DNA of 64,000 bases from Patescibacteria group bacterium (GCA_028865305.1 JAGWKM010000002.1:3236-67235); one strand, 5' to 3'. Positions 6,908 through 15,117 are shown, counted from the first letter of the stretch. Made by a program: numbers and translations. The notes: generated by a model not told the origin, from the sequence alone.

Positions 6908-9049
6908 ATGCTGAACAAAAAATCTTATTCAACAGAAATCGCAGGAAAGACATTGACCATCGAAACTTCTGAGCTCGCCGAACAGGCGAACGCGGCGGTC
7001 ATTGCGAAATACGGCGAGACCGTCGTCCTCGCGACCGCCGTCATGGGGAAAAAAGAAACCGAGCTTGATTACATGCCGCTCAAAGTGGATTACGAAGAAC
7101 GGTTTTACGCCGCCGGAAAGATCATCGGCTCGCGCTTCATCCGCCGCGAAGGCAGGGCTTCGGAAGAAGCCGTCCTCGCCGGGCGCCTGATCGATCGGAC
7201 CATCCGTCCCCTCTTCGACGGCCGCATGCGGCGCGACATCCAGGTCGTCGCCACGGTTTTGCAAATCGACGAACAGAACGATCCGGAATTCGTGAGTTTG
7301 CTTGCCGCTTCAACGGCGCTCATCATTTCCGACATTCCCTGGGGCGGCCCCGTCGCCGGCGTGCGCATCGTGCAGACAGAAGACCGTCTTCTGGACGAAG
7401 ACGGTCTTCATGTCAATCCGGACAATTCCTACGTGGCCGAGCACCAGCCGATTTTCGACGCATTCGTTTCCGGCTCGAAGGACCGCATCAACATGATCGA
7501 GCTCGGCGGCCTGGACGCCCAGGAAAAAGAAGTGGTCGCCGGATTCAAGATGGCGCAACAGGAGATCAATAAGCTGATCGATTTCCAGCAGAATATCCAA
7601 AAGGAGATCGGCAAGCCGAAGGCGGCCGTCGTGCTCGCGGAGCCGGATCCGGAATTGAAATCCGCCGTCGAATCTTTTATTGCGGACAAGCTCGAAGCGG
7701 CCGTTTACCGCCCGAATAAGATGGAACAGCAAAGCGCCATCGGCAAGCTGAAAGAAGAGATGTTTGCCCACCTGAAAGAGATTTTTGATGCGAAAGAAAA
7801 GGCCTTCAGCGGCAAGGCGGCTGACTATTTATTCGAAGAAGCGATCAATGACCTAGTCCATAAGAATGTCCTCGAAAGCGAAAAGCGTCCGGATGGGCGC
7901 AAAACCGATGAACTGCGGCCGTTGAGCGGAGCCGTCGGGCTCTTCTCGCGCACGCACGGTTCGGCGCTCTTCATGCGCGGCAACACGCAGGCGCTTGCCA
8001 TCACGACGCTCGCGCCGCCGGGAGCCGAACAGCTCATTGAAACGATGGAAACGAACGGCAAGCGGCGCTTCCTTCTGCACTACAACTTCCCGCCGTATTC
8101 CGTCGGAGAAATCGGCAATTTCCGCGGTCCGGGCCGCCGCGAGATCGGCCACGGCAACCTGGCGCGCAAATCCCTGGAACGCTTGATCCCGACCAAGGAA
8201 GAATTCCCCTACACCATCCGCGTCGTTTCAGAAATCATGTCCTCGAATGGATCGTCCTCAATGGCAACGGTGTGCGCTTCGGCGCTGTCCATGATGGATG
8301 CCGGCGTGCCGATCAAGAAACCGGCAGCGGGCATCGCGATGGGGCTTATGATGGAACAAGGGACGGGAGACAAGGGACAAGGAAAATTCAAGATACTCAC
8401 GGACATCCAGGGGCCGGAAGACCATCACGGCGACATGGACCTGAAAGTGGCAGGCACGGAGGACGGCGTGACCGGCATGCAGATGGACGTCAAGGTGGAC
8501 GGGCTCACGATCGAAATTTTGGAAAAAGCGTTCGAGCAGGCGAAAAAGGCGCGGCTCGAAATCCTGAAAGTGGTGAAGGCGACGCTGCCGACGCACCGCG
8601 AAAAATTGTCGCCGTTCGTGCCGACCATCCGCCAGCTGAAGATCGGTGTCGAAAAGATCGGCGCACTCATCGGCCCGGGCGGCAAGGTAATCAACGGACT
8701 CATTGAGAAATACAACCTGGCAGGCATTGATGTCGACGAAGACGGCGGCGTGTTCGTTTCCGGTTCCGACCTCGAAAAGGTGGAAATGGCGGTGACGGAA
8801 ATCAAATTGATCACGCGCGAATTCAAGGTGGGCGAGATTATCGAAGGCAAGATCATCAAAACGCTGGACTTCGGCGCGATTGTCGACCTCGGCGGCGGCA
8901 AGGATGGCATGATCCATGTTTCGGAATTGAAGCAGGGATTCGTGAAAACGGTGAATGAAGTGGTAAAAGTGGGCGACTTCGTCCGCGCGAAAATCATACG
9001 AGTGGACGAGGACGGAAAGATCGGCCTGTCGCTGAAGCAAATGCAATAA
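6908..9049 (+). CDS. pnp: polyribonucleotide nucleotidyltransferase (PNPase)
   Basis: 713 aa. Two RNase PH-like halves (FLLHYNFPPYSVGE, GDMDLKVAGT), then KH (IGALIGPGGKVI) and S1 (VGEIIEGKI...DGMIHVSEL) domains. Confidence 0.97.
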   Translation: MLNKKSYSTEIAGKTLTIETSELAEQANAAVIAKYGETVVLATAVMGKKETELDYMPLKVDYEERFYAAGKIIGSRFIRREGRASEEAVLAGRLIDRTIRPLFDGRMRRDIQVVATVLQIDEQNDPEFVSLLAASTALIISDIPWGGPVAGVRIVQTEDRLLDEDGLHVNPDNSYVAEHQPIFDAFVSGSKDRINMIELGGLDAQEKEVVAGFKMAQQEINKLIDFQQNIQKEIGKPKAAVVLAEPDPELKSAVESFIADKLEAAVYRPNKMEQQSAIGKLKEEMFAHLKEIFDAKEKAFSGKAADYLFEEAINDLVHKNVLESEKRPDGRKTDELRPLSGAVGLFSRTHGSALFMRGNTQALAITTLAPPGAEQLIETMETNGKRRFLLHYNFPPYSVGEIGNFRGPGRREIGHGNLARKSLERLIPTKEEFPYTIRVVSEIMSSNGSSSMATVCASALSMMDAGVPIKKPAAGIAMGLMMEQGTGDKGQGKFKILTDIQGPEDHHGDMDLKVAGTEDGVTGMQMDVKVDGLTIEILEKAFEQAKKARLEILKVVKATLPTHREKLSPFVPTIRQLKIGVEKIGALIGPGGKVINGLIEKYNLAGIDVDEDGGVFVSGSDLEKVEMAVTEIKLITREFKVGEIIEGKIIKTLDFGAIVDLGGGKDGMIHVSELKQGFVKTVNEVVKVGDFVRAKIIRVDEDGKIGLSLKQMQ
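8353..8387 (+). repeat. heptad array inside pnp
   Basis: ggaacaa gggacgg gagacaa gggacaa ggaaaat. Encodes EQGTGDKGQGK between the conserved GIAMGL and ILTDI blocks. Confidence 0.75.
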
Positions 9050-9090
9050 GGCAGCCAGGCTTGCACCCCAAAATACTTTCCCAGGATCGC

Positions 9091-9119
9091 TTGACTTTGT
9101 TAAATCGCAGCGATAAGCT
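9091..9119 (+). promoter_or_regulatory. sigma70-like promoter
   Basis: TTGACT-N17-TAAGCT, about 45 nt upstream of the 9165 gene, which has a strong AAGGAG SD. Confidence 0.45.
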
Positions 9120-9164
9120 CTCGACAGTACCGGCAATAACCAGTTAGCCGCGAAGGAGATAAAT

Positions 9165-9632
9165 ATGAGTTGGGCGACAAGACAAAGAATCCGGTTCGTA
9201 ATTGAGGTTGACCCTCAATTTCATGATTCGCAAAGCAACAGGGCGCTACGAGCGTTGACGCGGACAAGAGGGATGCAAAAAGCCCTCGCTGTTCCCAGTC
9301 GGATGCTCGAGATGGCATACCACGGCGATTTCATGTCCAACCTCACGGCCGACAAGTTCCATGAGGAACGTACGGTGTGGGGAAGCTGGCTCATATCGCA
9401 TACGCAGAAAAGCCATTCGCTCAAACTGTTCTTGCAACGGGCAAGTATTATTTCATGCAAGATAGCTCCTCGGGTCCGTTATGAAAAGTTTTTCGGCGGC
9501 GCGATGGGGCTCCATCCGCACTACGGCATTAGTGTTGAGATAAAATTCAAGCGGAATCGGGAGCTCGTGGGCGATTTGGAGCTGATATTTCAACCGGATG
9601 GAACGCTTGCTTCTGAATCGGGCCCAGTGTAG
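9165..9632 (+). CDS. hypothetical protein (155 aa)
   Basis: AAGGAG 6 nt before the ATG, own promoter, and a terminator directly downstream. No family recognised. Confidence 0.6.
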   Translation: MSWATRQRIRFVIEVDPQFHDSQSNRALRALTRTRGMQKALAVPSRMLEMAYHGDFMSNLTADKFHEERTVWGSWLISHTQKSHSLKLFLQRASIISCKIAPRVRYEKFFGGAMGLHPHYGISVEIKFKRNRELVGDLELIFQPDGTLASESGPV

Positions 9633-9658
9633 GGGAAGAGATTATGACATCGGCATCG

Positions 9659-9687
9659 GCAGCCTGCTCAGCGGGCTGCTTTTTTTC
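9659..9687 (+). terminator. rho-independent terminator
   Basis: GCAGCC-tgctcagcg-GGCTGC followed by T7. Confidence 0.75.
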
Positions 9688-9724
9688 ATTTCACATTCAA
9701 TAAAAAGACCGCATTGGGATGCGG

Positions 9725-9958
9725 CTATGCTGCCATTGGGAGCTCTTCTCGCAATTCGCTTTCGCGATCAAATTCTTCAAATATTTCTCTTTCTTCTTCG
9801 AATGGGTCGACTGGGCAACGATCGTGCCGTTTTAATATTATGAAATGCGACCCGTCTATGACTACGTCTCCGGTATATCCTTCACCCGGCAAAATGTCAT
9901 GGAAACATTCGTCGCAAAAATGAGTGATTCGCGCCGCGGAATGGTAAGTCCGAATCAT
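9725..9958 (-). CDS. hypothetical small protein (77 aa, acidic C-terminus, CxxC)
   Basis: AGGAGG 8 nt upstream of the ATG (rc of 9959-9975). Convergent with the 9165 gene. Confidence 0.6.
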   Translation of the reverse strand: MIRTYHSAARITHFCDECFHDILPGEGYTGDVVIDGSHFIILKRHDRCPVDPFEEEREIFEEFDRESELREELPMAA

Positions 9959-10013
9959 CCAAGCATCCTCCTTCGATGTTCTGACTCCAGTTTATACCAA
10001 AAAGACCAGCAAT

Positions 10014-10409
10014 TCAAAAGCCGGCTTTCTTTTCGAGTTTTTTCACTCGGACTTCCAAATCTATCACGTCCGCCTGGCAATCGACTTCCTTTATATTTTC
10101 GCGGATTTCCTTTAATTCACCTAAAATTTCTATGAACCGATTGTCTGTTGACCTTTCCAGCTTGTCGAATCGTTCACTTAAAATATCAGCCCTTTCTGTC
10201 AAGGCAAGTAAATCCTCCTGTTTTGCCATTTTCCCTTCCATTTCTGAAAAACCATTCTGCGCCATCCGCGCCAGGGACTCTATATCTTCTTTTGTTGAAA
10301 CCTTTTCCGCAAGCGCGTCTACGGTTCCCGTCAAGGTATCTACGGTTCCCACAAGCGTATCCAAACTGCCCGCCAGTGATTCTAATGTAACCTCTTTTTT
10401 ATCGTTCAT
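10014..10409 (-). CDS. hypothetical coiled-coil protein, paralogue of 23414..23623
   Basis: ORF track lists 10014..10451. The start at 10409 (MNDKK...) is preferred because the homologous upstream region of the paralogue places the ATG at the same GGAATTATG. Shared LARM..NGF and RV..LEKK.G segments. Confidence 0.6.
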   Translation of the reverse strand: MNDKKEVTLESLAGSLDTLVGTVDTLTGTVDALAEKVSTKEDIESLARMAQNGFSEMEGKMAKQEDLLALTERADILSERFDKLERSTDNRFIEILGELKEIRENIKEVDCQADVIDLEVRVKKLEKKAGF

Positions 10410-10416
10410 AATTCCA

Positions 10417-10444
10417 ATGGTATTAAAAAAGATTTCGAAGTCAA
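10417..10444 (-). promoter_or_regulatory. sigma70-like promoter, leaderless geometry
   Basis: Minus strand: TTGACT-N16-TACCAT-N7-ATG(10409). Homologous to the promoter at 23630..23657. The conserved 17-nt box ATTATGTAATCATTAAA lies further upstream (10462-10478). Confidence 0.4.
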
Positions 10445-10524
10445 ACTTCATTTAATGAAAATTTAATGATTACATAATACCTGATTATCTTGTCCGATTC
10501 CGCCAACTCACAAAACAGGAATCT

Positions 10525-10833
10525 ATGCTAAAATGGCTACATATGGCTGATTCCGGTAACCAAAACCAAACCGAGAATTTCCCTTCCGCGCCGCCGCCGC
10601 CGCAGGAAGTGAAGATCCGCACCATGAAATCAGATCTTGCTTCGCTGGCACAGACCGGCGGCGGCTTGCCGCAGTTCCAAAGCGTGCGGATTGATTTGCC
10701 ACGGGAGAGAAGTGAGAAGTTAGATGCGAGAGGCGAGAAGAAAATCAACGCCGGCATAGCGGTCGTCATCGTGGCAATCGTCGTCGTCCTCGCTGTGGCC
10801 GCCTATTTCGCCTTGGTTTATTTGAAAAAGTGA
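10525..10833 (+). CDS. hypothetical C-terminally membrane-anchored protein
   Basis: 102-aa ORF. Likely real start MADSGNQ at 10543. IRTMKSDL motif and a C-terminal TM helix (IAVVIVAIVVVLAVAAYFALV). Confidence 0.6.
   Translation: MLKWLHMADSGNQNQTENFPSAPPPPQEVKIRTMKSDLASLAQTGGGLPQFQSVRIDLPRERSEKLDARGEKKINAGIAVVIVAIVVVLAVAAYFALVYLKK
10707..10741 (+). repeat. heptad array inside CDS
   Basis: gagaagt gagaagt tagatgc gagaggc gagaaga. Encodes ERSEKLDARGEK. Confidence 0.7.
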
Positions 10834-10854
10834 AGGAATTAATTCGAATAAAAA

Positions 10855-10880
10855 GAGGCCTCCGCGGCCTCAATGTTTTA
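10855..10880 (+). terminator. possible terminator
   Basis: GAGGCC-tccgc-GGCCTC followed by aatgtttta. The T-run is weak. Confidence 0.35.
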
Positions 10881-10913
10881 TTCAACAGCTTTCCGGATAT
10901 GTTTTCCGATTGC

Positions 10914-11092
10914 GTTCAACTCCGCGGCGAAGGAATCGAACTCGATGCAGGTAAAATGCGATTTGCAGAGCGTCGATTTGAGGGAGAGACGGACGGTGGC
11001 AAACTCGAGATCAGATTTTTCGAGGTTTTTAGACGGTAAGCCTTTTTTGAGAGACGGACGGTTGGCAAACCCTAAAATGATAAAATGAAGAT
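10914..11092 (+). repeat. conserved intergenic module E1 (contains two GGACGGT(T)GGCAAAC boxes)
   Basis: Aligns along its length with 12535-12715: AACTCCG.G.CGAAGGAATCGAAC.CGATG...TGCGA.TTGCAGAGCGT...GGCAAACTCGAGATCAGATTTT...GAGAGACG.A.GGTTGGCAAAC. Confidence 0.8.
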
Positions 11093-11845
11093 ATGAACCA
11101 AAGAGGTTTTGCGCCAATTATTATTCTGCTAATCGGGGTGGGCGTTTTGGTTGCCGGTGGTATCGGCTACTACGCTATCCGTAATAGCATGATTCAATCC
11201 GAAACATCCCAAACAACTATAACTTGGCTCCAGCAACCTTATGAGGTCACGTTATTTCCGGGCACGGTAAAAGCGGTTGATCTGCATTTCATTGCAAGCC
11301 ACAACCTCTCGGCACCATCGCTTTACATATCACCTTCCTTGTCTCGATATTTAACCTTCGCCAATATCGGTTCTGGTACGCTTTTCGGAAATGAGCAAGC
11401 GACGCTACACGCGCGGTTTACAATTCCGGATTCGATACCGTCTGGTACTTATAGCGGAGTAGTTCAAATAAAAAATGGAGGTAACGATATTGAACAACCA
11501 TTGACAGCAACCATCCACGTCGAAATCCCATCAAATCAAATTATCCCACAAGAAACTGCTTCTCCCTCTCCAGACCGCATCATGACTACGGCCGGAGGGG
11601 CAACTATAGTGAAAGATGAAATTGATGTAATGCTTGCAGATGATACGTCGAATCCCGACGAAACGATAAGAGCAATAGCAACTGCAACAAACGGTCTTAT
11701 TATCGGCTCTGTCCCCGACGGGCTTACTTATCAGCTAAAATATAAAGTTTCGAACATAAACGATCTTCAGCAAATTCAAGCCAAAATAAAAAAGATGCCA
11801 CACGTAGAGGACGCTGTATTTTCTGTATTTGGCGGATTAAACTAA
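11093..11845 (+). CDS. hypothetical N-terminally anchored exported protein (copy 1 of duplicated gene)
   Basis: 250 aa with an N-terminal TM (FAPIIILLIGVGVLVAGGIGYY). Near-identical over most of its length to 54576..55328. The C-terminal part resembles a protease-prodomain-like fold, which is a weak impression. Confidence 0.75.
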   Translation: MNQRGFAPIIILLIGVGVLVAGGIGYYAIRNSMIQSETSQTTITWLQQPYEVTLFPGTVKAVDLHFIASHNLSAPSLYISPSLSRYLTFANIGSGTLFGNEQATLHARFTIPDSIPSGTYSGVVQIKNGGNDIEQPLTATIHVEIPSNQIIPQETASPSPDRIMTTAGGATIVKDEIDVMLADDTSNPDETIRAIATATNGLIIGSVPDGLTYQLKYKVSNINDLQQIQAKIKKMPHVEDAVFSVFGGLN

Positions 11846-11986
11846 GCTCAAATTAAAACTGTTTAAGATAAAATATTCGTAAATCCCTCTCACCAGAGTT
11901 TACCAGTTGCCCCGATTGACTCCACCGACACGGTTTCGAACTCTCGGAAATGAGAGTTTATTCTGCATTTATCTGAACATTCTACT

Positions 11987-12493
11987 ATGGATATTTTTGC
12001 TCATGCGCTTTATACAAATGCGATTTACAAAAGTGCGCAGAAACGCAAGCGCACATGGCGCGAGATAGTGGAGATAGTTTTCTGGGGCGATTTTCCCGAT
12101 CTGGTAACCTTCGCCATCTTTGGCGTTTACTGGTATTTCAAGAACAGTCTTGTTTATGTTCCGGGAAGTGAATATCTTGTACCGCCCTATTTAGAATTTC
12201 TCCTTCCAACTCTTTATAGCATTCCTCTTTTCCTTTTAATCTTTTCCGTCCTTTGGCTGATTCGAGGAAAACCTTACTGGCCGGTCGGTGGTTGGGGCAT
12301 TCACATCGTCATTGACGTATTCACGCACAGTGGTTTTTATCCACCCCAATTCTTATGGCCATTTTCCGATTATCATTTCAGCGGCATCGCTTGGGATACG
12401 CCATGGTTCTGGTTTGTAACTTACACTTTACTCGTTATAGTTTACAGTTATTGGTATTTTGAAATCAGAAAGCAAGAGCGGGATGCAAAATGA
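11987..12493 (+). CDS. membrane protein, DUF457/YdjM-like metal-dependent hydrolase (tentative)
   Basis: 168 aa. MDIFAHALY start and HIVIDVFTHSG motif, with 4-5 hydrophobic segments. Confidence 0.6.
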   Translation: MDIFAHALYTNAIYKSAQKRKRTWREIVEIVFWGDFPDLVTFAIFGVYWYFKNSLVYVPGSEYLVPPYLEFLLPTLYSIPLFLLIFSVLWLIRGKPYWPVGGWGIHIVIDVFTHSGFYPPQFLWPFSDYHFSGIAWDTPWFWFVTYTLLVIVYSYWYFEIRKQERDAK

Positions 12494-12715
12494 GATATTC
12501 GTAAATCCCCCTTACCAGAGTTTGCCAGTTGTCCGGAAGAACTCCGTGACGAAGGAATCGAACCCGATGAATGAGAAATGCGACTTGCAGAGCGTTGTTT
12601 CGGGAGAGAGATGGACGTTGGCAAACTCGAGATCAGATTTTCCGATGCTTTTGGACGGTAATTCCTTTTGAGAGACGAATGGTTGGCAAACTCTTGTGTT
12701 TGATATAATTAAGTT
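12494..12715 (+). repeat. conserved intergenic module E2 (IR-R box, internal box, IR-L box)
   Basis: GAGTTTGCCAGTTGTCC at 12518-12534. GGACGTTGGCAAACTC at 12613-12628, followed by GAGATCAGATTTT. GACGAATGGTTGGCAAACTC at 12674-12693. Confidence 0.85.
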
Positions 12716-13540
12716 ATGAATCGAAAAGGGTCTGTGTTGATTCTTGTCCTGGTCATCGTGTTAGTCCTATTAGCAATCGGAGGCTATTGGTATTATGGGA
12801 TGCGCAAAATCCCATTGCCTCCGACCACGGCAAATACTTCGCAAACACCACCCATACAGAGTTCATCCATTTCAAGCGTGGATCCTAATGCCGCAAAACA
12901 AGCAGCTACCGTGGTTTTGGCCCAAATTTCCCAATATCCATTTCTTTCTCTTGTTCCAATAAATCGGACCATTAGTTCTTATACCCCCACGAGTTCGCAT
13001 GAATTCACCTACGAAGGAATATCTTTGAAATTGCCATGGTCGGGTACTCCCAAGATACAAACTTTATCAGGAGTTGGCACACAGATAAAATTCCCGAACA
13101 ATGAATTCGTGATGCTTCCAAATCCGTATCCTGACCCACTCCATCGGCAAACATTTCTGGATTCAATAAAGACAAACGAAGATAGGGAAAAATTTAACTA
13201 CTTATTCGGGGAGGAAAATTTAAACTCCAATTCTGCATTTTTCAATTTGGTGTTGAACAGTAGCCCCACAACACTTTCTTCCACAACCTCATCACCTAAG
13301 GAACTTTTAGCCCAATCAATGCTTCTCCCCATAAAACTGACTATGTTCTTTGATTCCAGCACCCAATCTATCTACCAATTTTCGACACCGGATTTCAAAG
13401 TATTTGAATTTACCGATCTACCAGCAAAGAATCAGTCATTTATTTACCTTTACGACGCAAGAGATAACGGAAGATTAATTACTACTTCTGCGAATCAGAA
13501 CGAAATTGATTTCATTTTGTCTTCAATAAAGGAACAATAA
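12716..13540 (+). CDS. hypothetical N-terminally anchored exported protein
   Basis: 274 aa with an N-terminal TM (VLILVLVIVLVLLAIGGYWYY). Bracketed by the same inverted-repeat boxes as 11093..11845. Confidence 0.7.
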   Translation: MNRKGSVLILVLVIVLVLLAIGGYWYYGMRKIPLPPTTANTSQTPPIQSSSISSVDPNAAKQAATVVLAQISQYPFLSLVPINRTISSYTPTSSHEFTYEGISLKLPWSGTPKIQTLSGVGTQIKFPNNEFVMLPNPYPDPLHRQTFLDSIKTNEDREKFNYLFGEENLNSNSAFFNLVLNSSPTTLSSTTSSPKELLAQSMLLPIKLTMFFDSSTQSIYQFSTPDFKVFEFTDLPAKNQSFIYLYDARDNGRLITTSANQNEIDFILSSIKEQ

Positions 13541-13683
13541 ATCCCCTTGACCAGAGTTTGCCAGTTGTCCAGAAAAACTCCACTTCTTCGCTAGCTAGAG
13601 GCTCTTCCGCGCCCGAAAAGCGGGCAAGGAACAATAAACGCAGTCAGTATTCATGGCTAGAAGTAGAGTAGCAGAAAATTAGA

Positions 13684-13881
13684 CCGCGCGCAAATCGATC
13701 GACGGCCAAAAACGGCAATATGTTTTGCGGGGCTCTCGGAAGCGGTTTGGCACGGTCCGGCCGTTCACTCACGGCCGGCAAACCGCTGAGAGCGATTGCG
13801 CGCCGTCGCTGGACGGCGCGACAATGTACCCGCAAAAGCATATTGCCGTTTTTGGCCATTCCCAATCTGATTTGCGCGCGG
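13684..13881. repeat. GC-rich nested-palindrome module (4 helices) abutting the recA stop
   Basis: P1 13684-13696/13869-13881 (13 bp perfect). P2 13704-13731/13829-13857 (about 27 bp, one bulge). Hairpin P3 13732-13793. Hairpin P4 13796-13824 (loop GCTG). Confidence 0.85.
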
Positions 13882-13885
13882 AATT

Positions 13886-14989
13886 TTATTCCTCCTCTTT
13901 TCCGGCCGCTTTCTCCGGCGATTCGCCCCTCTCCACCATCTCCACCACTTTCTTTCTGATATCGTTCAGCAACTTTCTGTCTTCCTTCAGCTTTGCCCGC
14001 GTATTCTCATACCCCGCACCCAGCCGTTCGCCTTCAAACGAGTAGCTCGCGCCCGATTTTTTAACCACGCCGTAATTCACCGCCGTGTTCAACACGTCGC
14101 CTTCGTATGAAATCCCCTCGCCGAACAGAATATCGAACTCCGCCGAACGGAACGGCGGCGCCACCTTATTTTTCACCACCTTCGCCTTCACGCGGTTCCC
14201 CACCACATTCTCCCCTTTCTTCACCTGCGCGATACGGCGGATATCAATACGGACCGAGGCCGCAAACGGCAAGGCCCGTCCGCCGGGAGTCGTTTCCGGA
14301 TTCCCGAACATTATGCCGATCTTCATGCGGATCTGGTTGATGAAAATGATCAGGGTCTGCGTCTGTGCCGCTATTGCCGTGAGTTTCCGCAACGCCTGTC
14401 CCATCATCCGCGCCTGGCGCCCAACGTGCTGCTCGCCCATTTCGCCCTCAAGTTCCGCGCGGGGCGTGAGCGCCGCCACCGAATCGACAACCACCACCGA
14501 AATCATCCCCGACCGAACCAAGCTTTCCAATATATTCAACCCTTCCTCGCCGCTGTCCGGCTGGGAAATCAGCAATTCATTCACCTTCACGCCCAATTTT
14601 GCCGCGTACTCCGGATCCATGGCGTGCTCTGCGTCGATATAGGCCGCTTTGCCGCCCTGTTTTTGGGCCTGCGCTACCACGTTCAACGCGAGCGTCGATT
14701 TGCCGCTTGATTCAGGCCCGTAAATCTCCACAATCCGCCCGCGCGGCATGCCGCCGACGCCAAGCGCCAGGTCCAGCGAAAACGAACCGCTCGGAATGAC
14801 CGCCACGTCCGTGTGCCGCACCTCCCCAAGCCGCATGATCGCACCTTCGCCGAACTTATCCTGAAGTGAAGTGAGTAGCTGCTCAAACTGCTTATCCTGC
14901 TTATCTTGCTTCCCCTGCTCCTTGTTTTTCGCGTTTTGCGCCTTGATTTCCGCCTCCGCCGTCCCGCCAACTTTTTTTTCTTTAGCCAT
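13886..14989 (-). CDS. recA: recombinase RecA
   Basis: [12 protein letters not shown] Walker [13 protein letters not shown], and L1/L2 regions. The N-terminal extension of about 20 aa carries a 9-bp repeat (KQDKQDKQ). Confidence 0.97.
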   Translation of the reverse strand: MAKEKKVGGTAEAEIKAQNAKNKEQGKQDKQDKQFEQLLTSLQDKFGEGAIMRLGEVRHTDVAVIPSGSFSLDLALGVGGMPRGRIVEIYGPESSGKSTLALNVVAQAQKQGGKAAYIDAEHAMDPEYAAKLGVKVNELLISQPDSGEEGLNILESLVRSGMISVVVVDSVAALTPRAELEGEMGEQHVGRQARMMGQALRKLTAIAAQTQTLIIFINQIRMKIGIMFGNPETTPGGRALPFAASVRIDIRRIAQVKKGENVVGNRVKAKVVKNKVAPPFRSAEFDILFGEGISYEGDVLNTAVNYGVVKKSGASYSFEGERLGAGYENTRAKLKEDRKLLNDIRKKVVEMVERGESPEKAAGKEEE

Positions 14990-15117
14990 GGTTTTTTATG
15001 ATTTATTTTTATACACCCGCATTATACCAAACCCGACATTAAATTATTTTTAAAAATTTTTTTATTTTGCGACCCGTGCTTCTTTGGGGGCCGATCGGGC
15101 ACTTCAACATCCAATGC

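Noticed and set aside
10873-12671. Small ORFs 10873..11088 and 12459..12671 that share KESN.M..KCDLQSV...ANSRSDF
   Set aside because: The similarity is explained by nucleotide conservation of modules E1/E2. Substitutions show no synonymous bias. The starts are not homologous, one lying inside the upstream gene, and there is no SD.
10991-13570. Integron attC sites / sigma-54 promoters as explanation for the GGTTGGCAAAC boxes
   Set aside because: The attC core sites should read GTTRRRY/RYYYAAC, but GTTGGCA/TGCCAAC do not fit, and no intI-type integrase is adjacent. For sigma-54, the TGGCA is not followed by TTGC at the required 12-nt G-to-G spacing in any copy.
13684-13881. Identifying the GC-rich modules (13.7, 19.8, 56.7 kb) as SRP RNA, RNase P RNA or 6S RNA
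   Set aside because: They lack the SRP domain IV motif (GGAA tetraloop with AGCA/GGAAGCAGCC-type loops) and RNase P CR-I/CR-V strings such as GAGGAAAGTCC. Their stems are too perfect for a 6S-type bubble. A covariance-model scan is still needed.
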